Assembly: GCA_965204755.1 (NCBI GenBank)
Contig: OZ242011.1
Location: forward strand, 1,792,001-1,856,000
DNA: 64,000 nt
Direction: 5' to 3'
Source: Candidatus Marinacidobacterium sp.
GTDB taxonomy: Bacteria > Acidobacteriota > Vicinamibacteria > Marinacidobacterales > Marinacidobacteraceae
Both the position numbers and the translations under genes were made by a program. Under the pieces are notes generated by a model, which did no database searches, was not told the DNA's origin, and saw nothing but the letters and a program-made list of their open reading frames with translations. Numbering within the stretch: the first letter of the stretch is position 1; every line of letters begins with the position of its first letter. Shown in pieces: positions 10,401 to 24,815 of this stretch.

Positions 10401-12007
10401 GAGAACAGGTCGCGGGTGTTGTCGGCGCGGAAGACGAACCGCTCCCCGGCGATGAACGGTTTGAAGGTATGGAATTGCCGCTCGCTCTCTTCCACGAAGT
10501 CGGAGAAGACTTCGGTCTTGCCGCGCAGCGATTCCGCCATCGCGGCCAGCGGCCCGAGCGGTTGCTCCCGGACGCTGTCGAGCGCGTCCGCGAGGCCGGA
10601 GGCCGACTTCTTCATCCAGTGGAGCGCGTACTTCTCGAAGTGCTCGGCGGAGATGACATGCGTCTCCATCCGCCCGAGCGCTTCGTTCCAGAGTTTCAGC
10701 CCGGTCGGCTTCTTCTGGAAGTGCCGCCGCTTGAACAGGCCGACCAGGTCCACCACGCGCCCCACCCGCACCGGGTTCCGGTCCCCGCCGGCGACCTGGT
10801 ACACCAAGTTCGGTTCGGTCACCAGCGTCTCGGCGGCCACGGCCAGCGTCGCCGAAGCCACCATGTCCACCGGCACCACATCCAGGATCAGGTCCGGATC
10901 GATGGGAAACAGGTTCTGGCCGCGAAGCGCCATCCGCACCAGCGGGGCGCTGGTGGTGAAGCCCTCGTTCCATCCCTCCACCGGGAACGAGACCGCGCTC
11001 TCCACGATCGCCGGACGGACGATCGCGCGGGCGATGCCTTCGGCTTCCGCCACCAGTTGGTCGCCGAGGCTCTTGGTATAGGTATAGATGTTGGGCCATC
11101 CCCAGCCGGCGGCCTTCTCCATGCCGAGGTCGCGGAGCCGGGTGCGGATCCAGTCCTTCCTCTCCCGGGCGATGGCGAGCGAGAGCGACCGGTCGTCGTC
11201 GGGGTCGCGCCCCTCTTCCACGAAGCGGCGGCGGGCCGCTTCCCGGAACGCGTCCACCCGCGACTTGTCTTCCGCTTCGTCGCGCACCCGTTCGGCCAGC
11301 CGCTCGCAGTCCTCGATCTCGCGCGCCACCCGGAACTCCTGGTCGTCCCGGTCGCGGCGCGGGAAGTACCCGATGAGCGGTTCGTCCTCGCGGATCTCCC
11401 CGGCGCGGTTCCCGGCGACGAAACAGGTGCTGGTATGGACGACGGCCGGCCGCTTCATCCGCCGGGCGAACGCCAGGATGTTCCGCGTGCCGTGCACATT
11501 GGTGGAGATCGAGGCTTCGAGCGGCGGGTTGAAGGAGACGCGCCCGGAGCAGTTCAGGATGAGGTCGATGTCCGCCGCGATCTCGCGTGCCCTTTCTTCG
11601 GGGTATCCGAGGTTCTCCCGGGTGATGTCCCCGCCGAGCACGGTGATCTTCTCCTCCACGAATTCCCGGAGGCCGCCGCCCCGGCGTTTCCTCAGCACTT
11701 CGAACGCCGGGGAGTTCTGCAGGATGTCCTCGAACCGGGTCCGGCTCTCGGATTCCTTCGGCGCCCGCACCATGAGGTAGATGCGGCGGACCTGCGGAAA
11801 GAACTCGAGCAGCATTCCCAGGCAGACCTTGCCGAGGAACCCGGTCCCGCCGAGCAGCAGGACGGCTTTGCCGGCGAACGCTTCGTCCACCGGGATCCGC
11901 GGCCGGCCGCGCTCCGCCGGCGCGGGCGGCCGCCGCTCCCGGTCCTCCTCCTTCCCGGCCCGGCGGCTCGGCGCGGCCGCCCCGCGTTTCGACGAGCCGC
12001 CGCTCAT
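7490..12007 (-). CDS. elbD: Multifunctional ether-lipid enzyme: fatty acyl-CoA reductase + acyl-CoA synthetase + ACP + acyltransferase
   Basis: GGTGFLGKV and YTYTK (reductase); FTSGTTGTPKG, GYGLTE, WLHTGDLG (AMP-binding); LGFDSL (ACP serine); NHSSHLD and FPEGTRS (PlsC). Same four domain types as M. xanthus ElbD. Confidence 0.9.
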   Translation of the reverse strand: MSGGSSKRGAAAPSRRAGKEEDRERRPPAPAERGRPRIPVDEAFAGKAVLLLGGTGFLGKVCLGMLLEFFPQVRRIYLMVRAPKESESRTRFEDILQNSPAFEVLRKRRGGGLREFVEEKITVLGGDITRENLGYPEERAREIAADIDLILNCSGRVSFNPPLEASISTNVHGTRNILAFARRMKRPAVVHTSTCFVAGNRAGEIREDEPLIGYFPRRDRDDQEFRVAREIEDCERLAERVRDEAEDKSRVDAFREAARRRFVEEGRDPDDDRSLSLAIARERKDWIRTRLRDLGMEKAAGWGWPNIYTYTKSLGDQLVAEAEGIARAIVRPAIVESAVSFPVEGWNEGFTTSAPLVRMALRGQNLFPIDPDLILDVVPVDMVASATLAVAAETLVTEPNLVYQVAGGDRNPVRVGRVVDLVGLFKRRHFQKKPTGLKLWNEALGRMETHVISAEHFEKYALHWMKKSASGLADALDSVREQPLGPLAAMAESLRGKTEVFSDFVEESERQFHTFKPFIAGERFVFRADNTRDLFSRLDGNEDKLFFRPEDLDWYHYWLHVHLPGLERFVFPALEDQARQRARTRKAYAYRTLGELFEACTKNHAGRVAMRITRNGREERYTYAELRECVERGAVFLAKLGYGAGDHIGLIGENSPEWGMAYFAVQRIGATAIPLDRDLRPKEILRVLRLGDAKALLLSDALFRTAGKKLGEGRGAPPFEIRSFAEVFEIGDAEAEAEAAAALPGPGAPSSLASILFTSGTTGTPKGVMLSHRNFTSLVAKLVSIYDIGSSDGALSILPLHHSFEFTTGFLLPLSRGAEITYLDEISPEAINRELGKGRITCIVGVPALWDLLKRRIIAPFAERGKRVEDLVTALLDAAHLLREDTGVNLGPAVFFPVHAALGGRLRYLISGASALSEATWKTFSGLGFHLAQGYGLTEAAPVLTVTRPGERTPAGSVGRALTGIEIRIAEPDAAGVGEVVARGPNVMAGYYGNEQATAETLVDGWLHTGDLGRLDADGNLFLVGRRKEVIVDRGGRNIYPEEVEETYAEESLIAEMAVVGLPDGAAEQVAAVVVPKERTDAGRARVEAHLREVSAGLPLFKRIKTVEFRDEALPRTTTRKVKRGELLKWLEGRRRKAAETSEEEGASQDRLLELVAGICERPAAEVRPASSFAELGFDSLMYNELSAALESEFGEAAAPESLANFATVGDLAGALRTARRSGRPAAAKRASRAPEREREEIEIPAAVAKAGRRSLTEVQRWFYYRVLDPTFTGRAHIPRHTHCLVVANHSSHLDMGLVKMALGDAGGNLIALAAADYFFDNRVKRAFFGNFTNLVPMERRGSLRGSLDLAARYLREGHSVLVFPEGTRSRTGAIQPFRRGFAHLAFRCRVGVLPVHLDTWNAFPPGAVSLRSRRVAARIGPFLSPEFLTEFAARGGARSAAGEQRVAALTQEIVERLGRGERVRVEEIADRLVAGSPGEPPPSAGDDPPRKTAEETPVGAALAG

Positions 12008-12014
12008 CGGCAGT

Positions 12015-13613
12015 TCAGGTGACCTCGGGAATCATGATCGGCGGCACATGGATCATGGTTACCTCCGCCGACGGCCCGAGATCGCTCCGGGCCATGGCGA
12101 TGGCCTCGGAGACCGTGTCGGCGGTTTCCCAGCCGAGGATCTCCGGCACATGCCGGTTCTTCGCGCCGGCGACGATGATGCGCCCGACATGTTCGCGGCC
12201 GTTCTCCCCCCAGTACCACATGAAGAACGGATGCGCGCCGTGGTACGCGTTGCCGTCCCGATACATCTGGACATAGGAGGGGTTGTTCGCGAACTCCTCT
12301 TCGTACTTCTCGCGCAGCACGAACGGGTCGCGGCTCTCCGGCAGCAGCCGGTGGAAGAACTCGATGTAACTCGGGTGGAACTCCGGGTCGAACTCGTCGT
12401 GGCAGGGGTGCGTGAGGATCAGCGCGCCGCCCCGCTTGACCAGCGGCTTGCCCCGGTAGAGGTTGAACAGGTACCCCGGCCCCATCACTTGGACGAGGAG
12501 CGGGTTCAGGATCGAGTTCACATTGTAGGGAGAGATGTAGGGAATGCCGCAGAGCAGGATGTCGCACTGCCCCTTCACCGGGACGGCGTACTGCTCGAAG
12601 GAGCGCTCCAGCGTCCGGTCGTGGACTTCCTCGGTGCGGCCGGCGTAACAGCCGATGAGTTCGAACGCCCCGGGTATCCGGTGGAGGAACGCCCGCTTCG
12701 CCGCGCCGGGCAGCCGGCCGAGCGACCACCGGGTGGCGCGCATCTTCATCCGGTCGAGATCGCCGAAGTCGTCCTCGTTCTTCGCGAGGAACGACAGCGA
12801 GTCCGCGTACATCCGGTTGTTCAGGACGGTCTCCACATGGAACACATTCAGGTGGCGGTCCACGATCTTCCCCATCCGGTCCACCTTGCGGCCGAGCGCC
12901 GACCGCTCCGGATCCATGTAGCCGTCCGAGTCCCGGATCGTCTGCGGCTCGTGGTGCGGCCGCAGGCTGGGGTAGTCGCAAAGACCGACGGTCACCGACT
13001 TGTGGCCGCCGTCCATCGGCACCAGGTTGATGTTCAGGTAGATGATGAGATCGGACTCCGCCGCGCGGCGGTTCACGCGGACCGGTTCGCCGTGCCGGGT
13101 CTTGCCGAGGGCCACCATGCCGTCGGGGTCTTCGGCGTCGTGGTTGTAGTAGCGCGACGGATGGAATGCCTTGTGGATCTCCGCACCGACCATCCGGCGC
13201 ATCTCCGGTTCGGTCATCTTCCGGTGGAGCGAGTTGGCGATCACCAGGTGGACATCGTCCACCGCGTGGTCGGTCAGCATTTCCAGGACGACTTCGAGCG
13301 CGGTCTGGCGGATGTCCGGCGTCGCCATCGGCGGCAGCGGCAGGCTGATGTCGTCGAGCGCGATGGTCACGCTCATGCCCGGACGGAGTTGGCTGTGGAG
13401 CGGGTCGCAGCCGAGGGGATGGTTCAGCGCGTGCCGGATGGCGCCGCGGGGGTTGGGCAGCCCGCGGATCGGCGGCGGCGGGTACACCACCCGCGTCCCG
13501 ACCGGGAGGCGCTCCTCGAGGAAGTCTTCCCCGTAGTGGAGGATCCGGGGCGCGGAGTCCTTCTCGATGAAGACGATGCCCGGGTCGGGACGGTCGCGGA
13601 GTTCCGGGCTCAT
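12015..13613 (-). CDS. elbC: Lactate-racemase (LarA) N-terminal-domain protein, ElbC-like
   Basis: [38 protein letters not shown] segments typical of the LarA family; immediately upstream of elbD. Confidence 0.75.
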   Translation of the reverse strand: MSPELRDRPDPGIVFIEKDSAPRILHYGEDFLEERLPVGTRVVYPPPPIRGLPNPRGAIRHALNHPLGCDPLHSQLRPGMSVTIALDDISLPLPPMATPDIRQTALEVVLEMLTDHAVDDVHLVIANSLHRKMTEPEMRRMVGAEIHKAFHPSRYYNHDAEDPDGMVALGKTRHGEPVRVNRRAAESDLIIYLNINLVPMDGGHKSVTVGLCDYPSLRPHHEPQTIRDSDGYMDPERSALGRKVDRMGKIVDRHLNVFHVETVLNNRMYADSLSFLAKNEDDFGDLDRMKMRATRWSLGRLPGAAKRAFLHRIPGAFELIGCYAGRTEEVHDRTLERSFEQYAVPVKGQCDILLCGIPYISPYNVNSILNPLLVQVMGPGYLFNLYRGKPLVKRGGALILTHPCHDEFDPEFHPSYIEFFHRLLPESRDPFVLREKYEEEFANNPSYVQMYRDGNAYHGAHPFFMWYWGENGREHVGRIIVAGAKNRHVPEILGWETADTVSEAIAMARSDLGPSAEVTMIHVPPIMIPEVT

Positions 13614-13635
13614 GGCGCCTCGATCGATCGGTGGT

Positions 13636-14400
13636 TCAGGTTCGCCGCGCGGGATCCGGCCGCCGCTCGGGCCCCGGCGCGGTCCGGCGGAGGTCGATGA
13701 CCGGCCAGTCGTGGCGGCGGGCGGTGCTGCGGAGACGGAGGTCGGGGTTGACCGCGGTGGGATGGCCCACCACGCTCAGCATCGGCAGGTCGGACATGCT
13801 GTCCGCGTAGGCGTAACTGTCGTTCAGCGACAGACGCTCCCGCTCGGCGTATTCCCGGATCCAGAGCGCCTTGCTGGCGCTGGCCAGGACCGGCGGCGAG
13901 AGCCGGCCGGTGGCGCGGCCGTCCACGAACTCCAGGCGGTTCGCCACGAACTCGGTGATTTCGAGTTCCTCCAGCAGCGGCCGGATGGACACTTCGAGCG
14001 CCCCGGTGACCACCACCGGACGGAGCCCGGCCCGGCGCGACTGCGCCACCAGCGTCCGGGCGCCGGCGAAGATGCCGGGGCGGATCACCCGCCGGTGGAG
14101 GTCCTCCGCCAGGTACTGCAGCCGGTCGTAGGACTGTCCCCGGTACCACTGGAAGAAGATGTCGTTGAAGACCTTGCGGCTGTAGCGGTCCGCGGCGAGG
14201 AAGAGGGGGATGCCGGCGACGACCGAAGCCACCGACTTCAGGCTGCGGAGGAGGCCCTGGTCGTTCCGGGCGTAGTAGGCGAACACATGGACCAGGTTGG
14301 TGCGGATCAGCGTCCCGTCGAGGTCGTAGAACGCCGCCGCTCCCCCCGGAACCTGCTCCGGGGGCCGTTTCGAGGGTTCCGTTGCCGCTGCCGCCGCCAT
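13636..14400 (-). CDS. elbB: HAD-IB family phosphatase, ElbB-like
   Basis: [30 protein letters not shown] motifs; first gene of the elb-type operon. Confidence 0.8.
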   Translation of the reverse strand: MAAAAATEPSKRPPEQVPGGAAAFYDLDGTLIRTNLVHVFAYYARNDQGLLRSLKSVASVVAGIPLFLAADRYSRKVFNDIFFQWYRGQSYDRLQYLAEDLHRRVIRPGIFAGARTLVAQSRRAGLRPVVVTGALEVSIRPLLEELEITEFVANRLEFVDGRATGRLSPPVLASASKALWIREYAERERLSLNDSYAYADSMSDLPMLSVVGHPTAVNPDLRLRSTARRHDWPVIDLRRTAPGPERRPDPARRT

Positions 14401-14549
14401 CGCGCCGGATTATCGCCGGAAGCCGCGCTCCGCGGAGCGCCGGCGGCCTTTCCGCGCGGCTCCGGTGGCGTACCATCCCCGGCTCCCCGCCGCTCTTCCC
14501 GCTGCCGCCGCCGGCCCGAATCCCGCCGGCCCGAAAGGACGACCGATTC

Positions 14550-15581
14550 GTGCTCCAGCCGCCTGTGCAGACCGCTCCGCCGGTCCGCCGCGCCGCCATC
14601 ACCGCGGTCGGGAGCCACCTGCCCGACCGGGTCCTCACGAACGCCGACTTCGAGAGGATGGTGGAGACCTCCGACGACTGGATCGTCGCCCGCACCGGCA
14701 TCCGGGAGCGCCGGGTGGTGGAGAAGGGCACCGGGTGTTCGGCGCTCGCCGCCGAGGCGGCGCGAGACGCCCTGCGCCGGCGGGGGATCTCCGCCGACGA
14801 CCTCGACCTGATCGTGGTGGCCACCGTCACCCCCGACATGGCCTTCCCGGCCACCGCCTGCCTGGTGCAGGAGGCCATCGGCGCGACCCGCGCCTGGGGC
14901 TTCGACCTCTCCGCGGCCTGCAGCGGTTTCACCTTCGCGCTGGGCGCGGTGACCCAGTTCATCGCCTCCGGCGCGGCCGACCGGGCGCTGGTCATCGGCG
15001 CCGATGTGATGACCTCGATCACCGACTACCGGGATCGGGCCACCTGCATCCTGTTCGGCGACGCCGCCGGAGCGGTCCTGCTCGAGCCGGCGGAAGACGG
15101 CGAAGGCATCCTGGGCTTCAACAACCAGTTGGACGGCTCCGGCAGCGACCTGCTGCAACTCCCCGCCGGCGGAAGCCTCCGGCCGCCGAGCCGCGAGACC
15201 GTGGACGGCCGGCTCCACTACCTGAAGCAGGAAGGACGGGAGGTCTTCCGGTTCGCGGTGCGCCGCTCCGGGGACGCCGCCCTCGACCTGCTGAAGGAGT
15301 TGGGCGCGACCACCGACGAAGTGGCCTACCTGGTGTGCCACCAGGCGAACGCCCGGATCATCGATGCCATCGCCAGGCGGCTCGGGATGCCGGAGGAGCG
15401 GGTGGTCAAGACGATCCACAAGTTCGGGAACACCACCGCCGCTTCGATCCCCACCGCGCTGCGCGACGCGCTCGACCGCTCGCTCCTCGCCCCGGGCGAC
15501 CTGATCCTGTTCAGTTCCGTCGGCGCCGGCCTCACCGTGGGAACGGCGGCCGTCCGCTGGGGCGGGGAACGAACCGCCTGA
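14550..15581 (+). CDS. fabH: 3-oxoacyl-ACP synthase III (start uncertain, GTG 14550 or 14565)
   Basis: [48 protein letters not shown] catalytic motifs. Confidence 0.93.
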   Translation: MLQPPVQTAPPVRRAAITAVGSHLPDRVLTNADFERMVETSDDWIVARTGIRERRVVEKGTGCSALAAEAARDALRRRGISADDLDLIVVATVTPDMAFPATACLVQEAIGATRAWGFDLSAACSGFTFALGAVTQFIASGAADRALVIGADVMTSITDYRDRATCILFGDAAGAVLLEPAEDGEGILGFNNQLDGSGSDLLQLPAGGSLRPPSRETVDGRLHYLKQEGREVFRFAVRRSGDAALDLLKELGATTDEVAYLVCHQANARIIDAIARRLGMPEERVVKTIHKFGNTTAASIPTALRDALDRSLLAPGDLILFSSVGAGLTVGTAAVRWGGERTA

Positions 15582-15621
15582 GCCCGGCGGGACCGGCGTC
15601 CCGCCTCCCCGGGCGGCGGAA

Positions 15622-17745
15622 GTGAGTTCCTCGCCGGAGGCCGGAGGGGGGAACCGGCTGGGGCGGGAGACCAGCCCCTACCTCCGGCAGCACCGGGACA
15701 ACCCGGTCCACTGGCAGGGCTGGGGCCCGGAGGCCTTCGCCGAGGCCGGGCGCCGCGACTGCCCGGTGCTGCTCTCCGTCGGCTACTCCAGTTGCCACTG
15801 GTGCCATGTGATGGCGCGGGAGTCCTTCGCGGATCCCGCCATCGCCGAGCGGATGAACCGGCTCTTCGTGCCGGTCAAGGTGGACCGGGAGGAGCGCCCC
15901 GAGGTGGACGAGATCTACATGTCGTTCGTCCAGGGCGCCACCGGCGCCGGGGGCTGGCCGCTCACCGTCTTCGTCGCCCCGGACCGGACCCCGTTCTTCG
16001 GCGGGACCTACTTCCCGCCGGAGGACCGGTGGGGCCGGCCCGGCTTCGGCCGGGTGCTCGACGGGGTCGCCGAGGCCTGGGCCGACCGGTCGCAGCGCGC
16101 CCGCCTGCTCGCCGGCGGGCAGCGGCTGCTGGCCCGGCTCCGCGCCGCGGCGGCCCTTCCCGGACGAAGCGGCGCGGCCGGCGAACTCATCACTTCGGAG
16201 GCGCCGGCCGCGGGCGTCCGAAGCCTGCTCCGCGCCTACGACCCGAAGGACGGCGGCTTCGGGCCGGCGCCCAAGTTCCCGCCGAGCCGACAGGCGGTCC
16301 TGCTGCTCCGCTGGCATCTCGCGGAGGCGGGGAGTCCCGTCGGGGCGGAGGCGCTCGGCGCCGCGCGGCGCACCCTGGAGCGGATGGCGAACGGCGGGCT
16401 CCGGGACCAACTCGCCGGCGGATTCCACCGCTACTCCACGGACGCCGAGTGGCTCGTCCCCCACTTCGAGAAGATGCTCTACGACAACGCCCTGCTCGTC
16501 CCGGCGTACCTGGCGGCGCACCGCATCAGCGGGGATCCGGCGGAAGCGGAGGCGGCGCGCTCGACCCTGGACTGGATGAGCCGGGAACTCGGGAGCGCGG
16601 AGGGTGGCTTCCACTCGGCCCTCGACGCCGACTCCGAAGGCGAAGAGGGCCGCTTCTACGCCTGGACCCTGCCCGAGGTCGAGCGCGTCCTCGGCGGGGA
16701 GGCGCCGCTCTTCGCCGCGGCCTACGACCTGACCGCCGAGGGGAACTGGGAGGGGCGGACGGTCCTCCGCCGGGTCGCGGACGACCGGACACTCGCCGAG
16801 CGGTTCGGCGGGACTCCGGAGGAAGCGGGCGGCCGGCTCGCCCGGGCCCGGACCCGGCTGCTCGCCGCGCGGGAGGAGCGCGAGCGGCCCGGGCTCGACG
16901 ACAAGGCGCTCCTGTCCTGGAACGCGCTGGCGGTCAGCGCCTTCGCCGAGGCGGCGCGCACCCTCGACGACGAGGGTTTTCTCCACCGCGCAGAGCGGGC
17001 CGGTCGTTTCCTGCTGGCCGAGTTCCGCCGCCCGGACGGGAGGTGGCTCTCCGTCCGCTGCCGCGGGGAGACGAAACTCCCGGCGCTGCTCGACGACCAC
17101 GCCTTCCTGCTGGAGGCGCTCGTCCAACTCTTCGAGAGCGACGGCGACGAGACCTGGCTGGCGGAGGCGGAGCGGGTCGCCGACCTGCTCGACGAGCGCT
17201 TCGCCGCGCCCGGCGGCGGCTTCTACACCACCCCGGACGACCACGAACCCCTCCCGGCGCGCACGCGCAACGGCTTCGACGGGGCGCTCCCCGCCGGCAA
17301 CGCGGTCGCCGCCGGCGCGCTGCTGCGCCTCCACGCCCTCACCGGCGCTCCGGCGCGGCGGGAGGCGGCGCGCGGCGTGATCACCGCCTTCCTCCCCCAG
17401 GCCCGCGAGAGCCCGGCCGGCTTCGCCACCCTGCTGACCGCGACCCTGCAATACCTGGCCGAACCGCGCCAGGTCGTCGTCCTCGGCGAACGCGAAGCGC
17501 CGGAGACCCGCCGGGCGCTCGGCGTCCTGCGCCGGGCGGCCTTCCCGGACGGCTTCGTCCTCGCCGCCGACCCGCGGGACGCCGGGGAGTCCCGGCTGCC
17601 GGCGATCGCCGGGCTCCGCGCCGCGAAACCGGGCGGCGCGGCGGCGGGGAGCGGCGGCCCCGCCTTCCTCCCCTGCCGCGGCGGAACCTGCGGACTCCCG
17701 CTCGCCTCCCTCGAAGCGGCCCGCGACTACCTCACCGCCGAGTAA
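15622..17745 (+). CDS. YyaL/SPATA20 family thioredoxin-domain protein (DUF255)
   Basis: [57 protein letters not shown]. Confidence 0.92.
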   Translation: MSSSPEAGGGNRLGRETSPYLRQHRDNPVHWQGWGPEAFAEAGRRDCPVLLSVGYSSCHWCHVMARESFADPAIAERMNRLFVPVKVDREERPEVDEIYMSFVQGATGAGGWPLTVFVAPDRTPFFGGTYFPPEDRWGRPGFGRVLDGVAEAWADRSQRARLLAGGQRLLARLRAAAALPGRSGAAGELITSEAPAAGVRSLLRAYDPKDGGFGPAPKFPPSRQAVLLLRWHLAEAGSPVGAEALGAARRTLERMANGGLRDQLAGGFHRYSTDAEWLVPHFEKMLYDNALLVPAYLAAHRISGDPAEAEAARSTLDWMSRELGSAEGGFHSALDADSEGEEGRFYAWTLPEVERVLGGEAPLFAAAYDLTAEGNWEGRTVLRRVADDRTLAERFGGTPEEAGGRLARARTRLLAAREERERPGLDDKALLSWNALAVSAFAEAARTLDDEGFLHRAERAGRFLLAEFRRPDGRWLSVRCRGETKLPALLDDHAFLLEALVQLFESDGDETWLAEAERVADLLDERFAAPGGGFYTTPDDHEPLPARTRNGFDGALPAGNAVAAGALLRLHALTGAPARREAARGVITAFLPQARESPAGFATLLTATLQYLAEPRQVVVLGEREAPETRRALGVLRRAAFPDGFVLAADPRDAGESRLPAIAGLRAAKPGGAAAGSGGPAFLPCRGGTCGLPLASLEAARDYLTAE

Positions 17746-17894
17746 GCCCGGAACGCGCTCCGCCGCCGGAGCGCGTCCCCCGCGTTCGCCGCCGAGGGAA
17801 TTCCTCGCCGCGCCGAGCGCGTTTGTAGTGTGCCTACGAAACCAACTTCCCGACAGTCAACCACTTACGAGGCCAAACCGTCGAAGTCGCCGAC

Positions 17895-18368
17895 TCAGTT
17901 CCTGATTCTCACGAGGACATTCCCCGCGATCACGGTCTCCCCGCTGCGCTGCAGGCGGAGCCAGACGCGGTAGGTCCCCGGCAGGCTGAACCGGTGGCTG
18001 GCGAAGAAGTAGGTCTCGACCTCGGCCCCCGGCTCGTAGGGGTCGCAGTCCGGCTCGTACACCGACTCGGTGTCGTCGTCCCAGTCCCAGACCTCTTCCA
18101 GGCAGTAGTAGTCCTCCGGGTTCTCGGCGGTCTCGAGTTCCTCGAGCCGGGCGGAGACCCGGACCTCTAGCGACGGCCGGCGGCTCTCGCCCGGCATCCG
18201 CGGGCGCAGCATGAGCACGCGGGGCCCCCGCAGCGTCAACTTGGGCTCCGAAACCGCGGGAGCGCCCGGCGCCGGCTTCGATGCCGCCGCAAGCCCGAAG
18301 ACGGACACCAGGATCGCGCCGGCGGCGGCCGCCGCGGGAAACGCGCCGCGGAACGACCGCCGCGTCAC
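17895..18368 (-). CDS. Secreted hypothetical protein with PKD-like beta domain
   Basis: GTG start overlaps the atpC stop (GTGA). Signal peptide; WDWDD...HRFSLPGTYRVWL resembles the PKD W.FGD/H.Y..PGTY motif. Confidence 0.65.
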   Translation of the reverse strand: MTRRSFRGAFPAAAAAGAILVSVFGLAAASKPAPGAPAVSEPKLTLRGPRVLMLRPRMPGESRRPSLEVRVSARLEELETAENPEDYYCLEEVWDWDDDTESVYEPDCDPYEPGAEVETYFFASHRFSLPGTYRVWLRLQRSGETVIAGNVLVRIRN

Positions 18369-18844
18369 GGCGCGCCTCCCCCCGACGGACTGGAAGCCTC
18401 TTCTTCGTCCTCTTCTTCGGCGCCGGCCTTCGCCTCCTCGGCGGCGGCGACGATCCGCGCCTCGGCCCGGGCGATCGCCTCCTGGCCCCGGTCCACATCG
18501 TAGGCCGCCCCGAACTCTTCCTGGCGCTCCCTCGCCCGCCGGATCGCCCCGGCGGCGCGGGTCAGATCGATGTCTTCCGGCTTCTCGGCGGTTTCGGCGA
18601 GCACGATCACCTGATCGTCGCACACTTCGAGGAACCCCCAGTTGACCGCCAGGAAGTGCTCGTGCGACTCCCGCAGGTAACGCAGCCGCCCGGCGCGGAT
18701 CTGGCTCAGGAACGGCGCGTGCCCCGGCAGCACGCCGAAGTAGCCGAGGGCGCCCGGCGCTTCCACATAGTCCACTTCGTCCCGGAAGGCGACGCCCCCC
18801 GGGGTGATCACCTCCAGATGGAGGCGGCCCTTCGCCGCGCTCAC
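18365..18844 (-). CDS. atpC: ATP synthase F1 epsilon
   Basis: LEVITP, PG..GYFGVLPGHAP, GFLEV, AE..EDID. Confidence 0.95.
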   Translation of the reverse strand: MSAAKGRLHLEVITPGGVAFRDEVDYVEAPGALGYFGVLPGHAPFLSQIRAGRLRYLRESHEHFLAVNWGFLEVCDDQVIVLAETAEKPEDIDLTRAAGAIRRARERQEEFGAAYDVDRGQEAIARAEARIVAAAEEAKAGAEEEDEEEASSPSGGGAP

Positions 18845-18867
18845 GGAGTCCGCCGCCGACCCGCCGG

Positions 18868-22857
<3,990 letters not shown>

Positions 22858-22937
22858 GGGCTCCTCGTGAGCGTCAGCGAGAAAAGGATCATCTCTGCTG
22901 TAAGTCGTTGATAAGGAACGGGTTCCGCCGATCCACC

Positions 22938-23489
22938 CTACGCCGATCCCTCACCGTGGGCGGCGGCGAAACGGGCGAGTTCGCCGGCGAGGCTGGCGTC
23001 GTAGATCCGGTTGCCGGTGCGCACCACCACCCCGCCCAGCAGCGCCGGGTCCACCCGGAAGTCCAGGCGCGGCGTCCCGCCGAGCGCCTCGGCTAGCGCG
23101 TCGCGGATGTCGTCGCGGGCCGCCGAGTCGAGTTCGGCCGCCGAAGTCACTTCCGCCGGGACGATGCCTTCGCGCTCGTCGAGCGCCGCCCGGAACTCCG
23201 CGGCGGCCTCCAACAGCGAGTCCGCCCGGTCGCGGGCGGTCATGAGCGAGACGAACCGGGAGAGCAGGGGATCCTCCGGGGCGATCCGCCCGGCCACGGA
23301 CTCCGCGAGGCGGGCGCGGGCCGCCCGGGGGGTGGCCGGCGAAGCGAGAGCGCTCCGGAGTTCCTCCGACTCGCCGCAGGCGGCGGCGAACCCGTCGAGG
23401 CGCTCCGCGAGCCGGCGGAGGTCGGCTCCGGTCTCGGCGGCGGCCTCCAACAGCGCGTCGGCGTAACGCCGGGCGACTTCGCGGGACAT
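22938..23489 (-). CDS. atpH: ATP synthase F1 delta
   Basis: [33 protein letters not shown]. Confidence 0.95.
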   Translation of the reverse strand: MSREVARRYADALLEAAAETGADLRRLAERLDGFAAACGESEELRSALASPATPRAARARLAESVAGRIAPEDPLLSRFVSLMTARDRADSLLEAAAEFRAALDEREGIVPAEVTSAAELDSAARDDIRDALAEALGGTPRLDFRVDPALLGGVVVRTGNRIYDASLAGELARFAAAHGEGSA

Positions 23490-23531
23490 CGAGCGGGAGC
23501 GGCCGGAGAGGAGAGTCGGAGGAGGCTCGCC

Positions 23532-24110
23532 TTATCGGGAGCGGATGGCCCTCACCCCGGCGGCGGCCAGGCGGCGGTGGTCCTCCGCGGAGACGCCCTC
23601 GCGCAGCCGGGCGGCGGCCGCTTCCGCCACCGCCCGCGTGGCGCGCGCGGCCAGCCGCCGCTCGGCGGAGCGGACTTCGGCGGCCACCTGCTCTTCCGCG
23701 GAGGCGGTGACGCGCGCCGCCTGCTCCTCCGCGGCGGCCACGATCCGGCGGCCCTCGACGCGGGCCGTCTCCAGAATGCGCGTCCGCGCCGCCGAGACTT
23801 CTTCCTCCACGGAAGCGGTGACGCGCTCGGCGCGCTCGGCGGCGGCTTCCGCCCGGCGGCGGTTCTCCCGGGCGGCGGCCAGCCGCTCCCGGATCTGCTC
23901 GGCCCGGGCGTTCAGGTAGCCGCCGAGCGGCTTCCGGAGCGCCCAGGCCAGGATCGCCGCCAGGATCGAGAAGTTGATGACCCGGCCGAGATCGAAGCCG
24001 ATGACGCCGCCTTCGGCTTCCGCCGCGGCCGCGGGCGCGGCGGCGAGCAGCGCCGACCCGAGCGCGCCGAAGAAAGCGCCGCGGCTCGAAGAGGAGGGGA
24101 GAGCGGTCAC
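23532..24110 (-). CDS. atpF: ATP synthase Fo subunit b
   Basis: GTG start overlapping the upstream stop; RVINFSILAAILAWALRKPL followed by a long coiled coil; directly before atpH. Confidence 0.85.
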   Translation of the reverse strand: MTALPSSSSRGAFFGALGSALLAAAPAAAAEAEGGVIGFDLGRVINFSILAAILAWALRKPLGGYLNARAEQIRERLAAARENRRRAEAAAERAERVTASVEEEVSAARTRILETARVEGRRIVAAAEEQAARVTASAEEQVAAEVRSAERRLAARATRAVAEAAAARLREGVSAEDHRRLAAAGVRAIRSR

Positions 24111-24535
24111 GAAGCGCGGCGCAGGAGACGGGCGGCAAGGGACTCCGCGAGCCCCCCGGCGGCGCGGTCGAGTTCCCGTTCGGCGGCGGCGGTCTGTTCC
24201 GCCAGGGCCGCCGCCCCTTCGGCGACTCGCTGCCGGGCGCGGTCGCGGGCTTCGGCCAGCAGGCGGTCGGCGTTCTCGCCCGCCTCGTTCCGAATCCGGT
24301 CCATCTCGGCGTAGCCCGCCTGCCGCGCCTCCGAGAGCGCCTTCGACAGGGCGCCCTCCGCCGCCGTGAGCCGCCCTTCCTCCTTCCGCCGCTCCGAGGC
24401 GCTTTTCTGGTAGCGGCCCTCCCGCTCCTCGACCACCCGCGCCAGCGGCTCGAAGAACCAGTTCTTGAGCGCCACCGCGAGGAAGACCACGATCGCCGAG
24501 ACGATCAGGGCGGTGAGGTCGGGAAAAATCGTCAC
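24107..24535 (-). CDS. ATP synthase Fo subunit b'
   Basis: N-terminal TM, FFEPL..VVEERE, coiled coil; first gene of the atp operon. Confidence 0.85.
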   Translation of the reverse strand: MTIFPDLTALIVSAIVVFLAVALKNWFFEPLARVVEEREGRYQKSASERRKEEGRLTAAEGALSKALSEARQAGYAEMDRIRNEAGENADRLLAEARDRARQRVAEGAAALAEQTAAAERELDRAAGGLAESLAARLLRRAS

Positions 24536-24815
24536 GAAACGGACCGGGGAAAGTGCGGCTCGCCGACCCTCGGCCGGGGAACCGAGCGGAGGGGCGGCCG
24601 CAGGAACGACTCACGACTCGCGGCCCGGAAGTCCAGGGCCGGAAGCCGGGGAAAAGGGGTTCGCCGCGTCTCGCGCCCCCTCGGGGAGAGCGCGCCGACG
24701 GGCGCGAGGGACAGCCGAATGCGCCGCTGCGGAAGGGCCGGAAGGCTATCACCGACCGCCGACCCCTCCAAGACTCCCGGGCGGCCGTTTCGGCGGGCCG
24801 GAAACGGCCCTCGAG

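Noticed and set aside
6503-12022. 1839-aa plus-strand ORF and similar long antisense/alternate-frame ORFs (34302..38978, 27736..30168, 49586..52003)
   Set aside because: They are shadows of well-supported genes on the other strand or frame; stop codons are rare in GC-rich DNA with strong codon bias.
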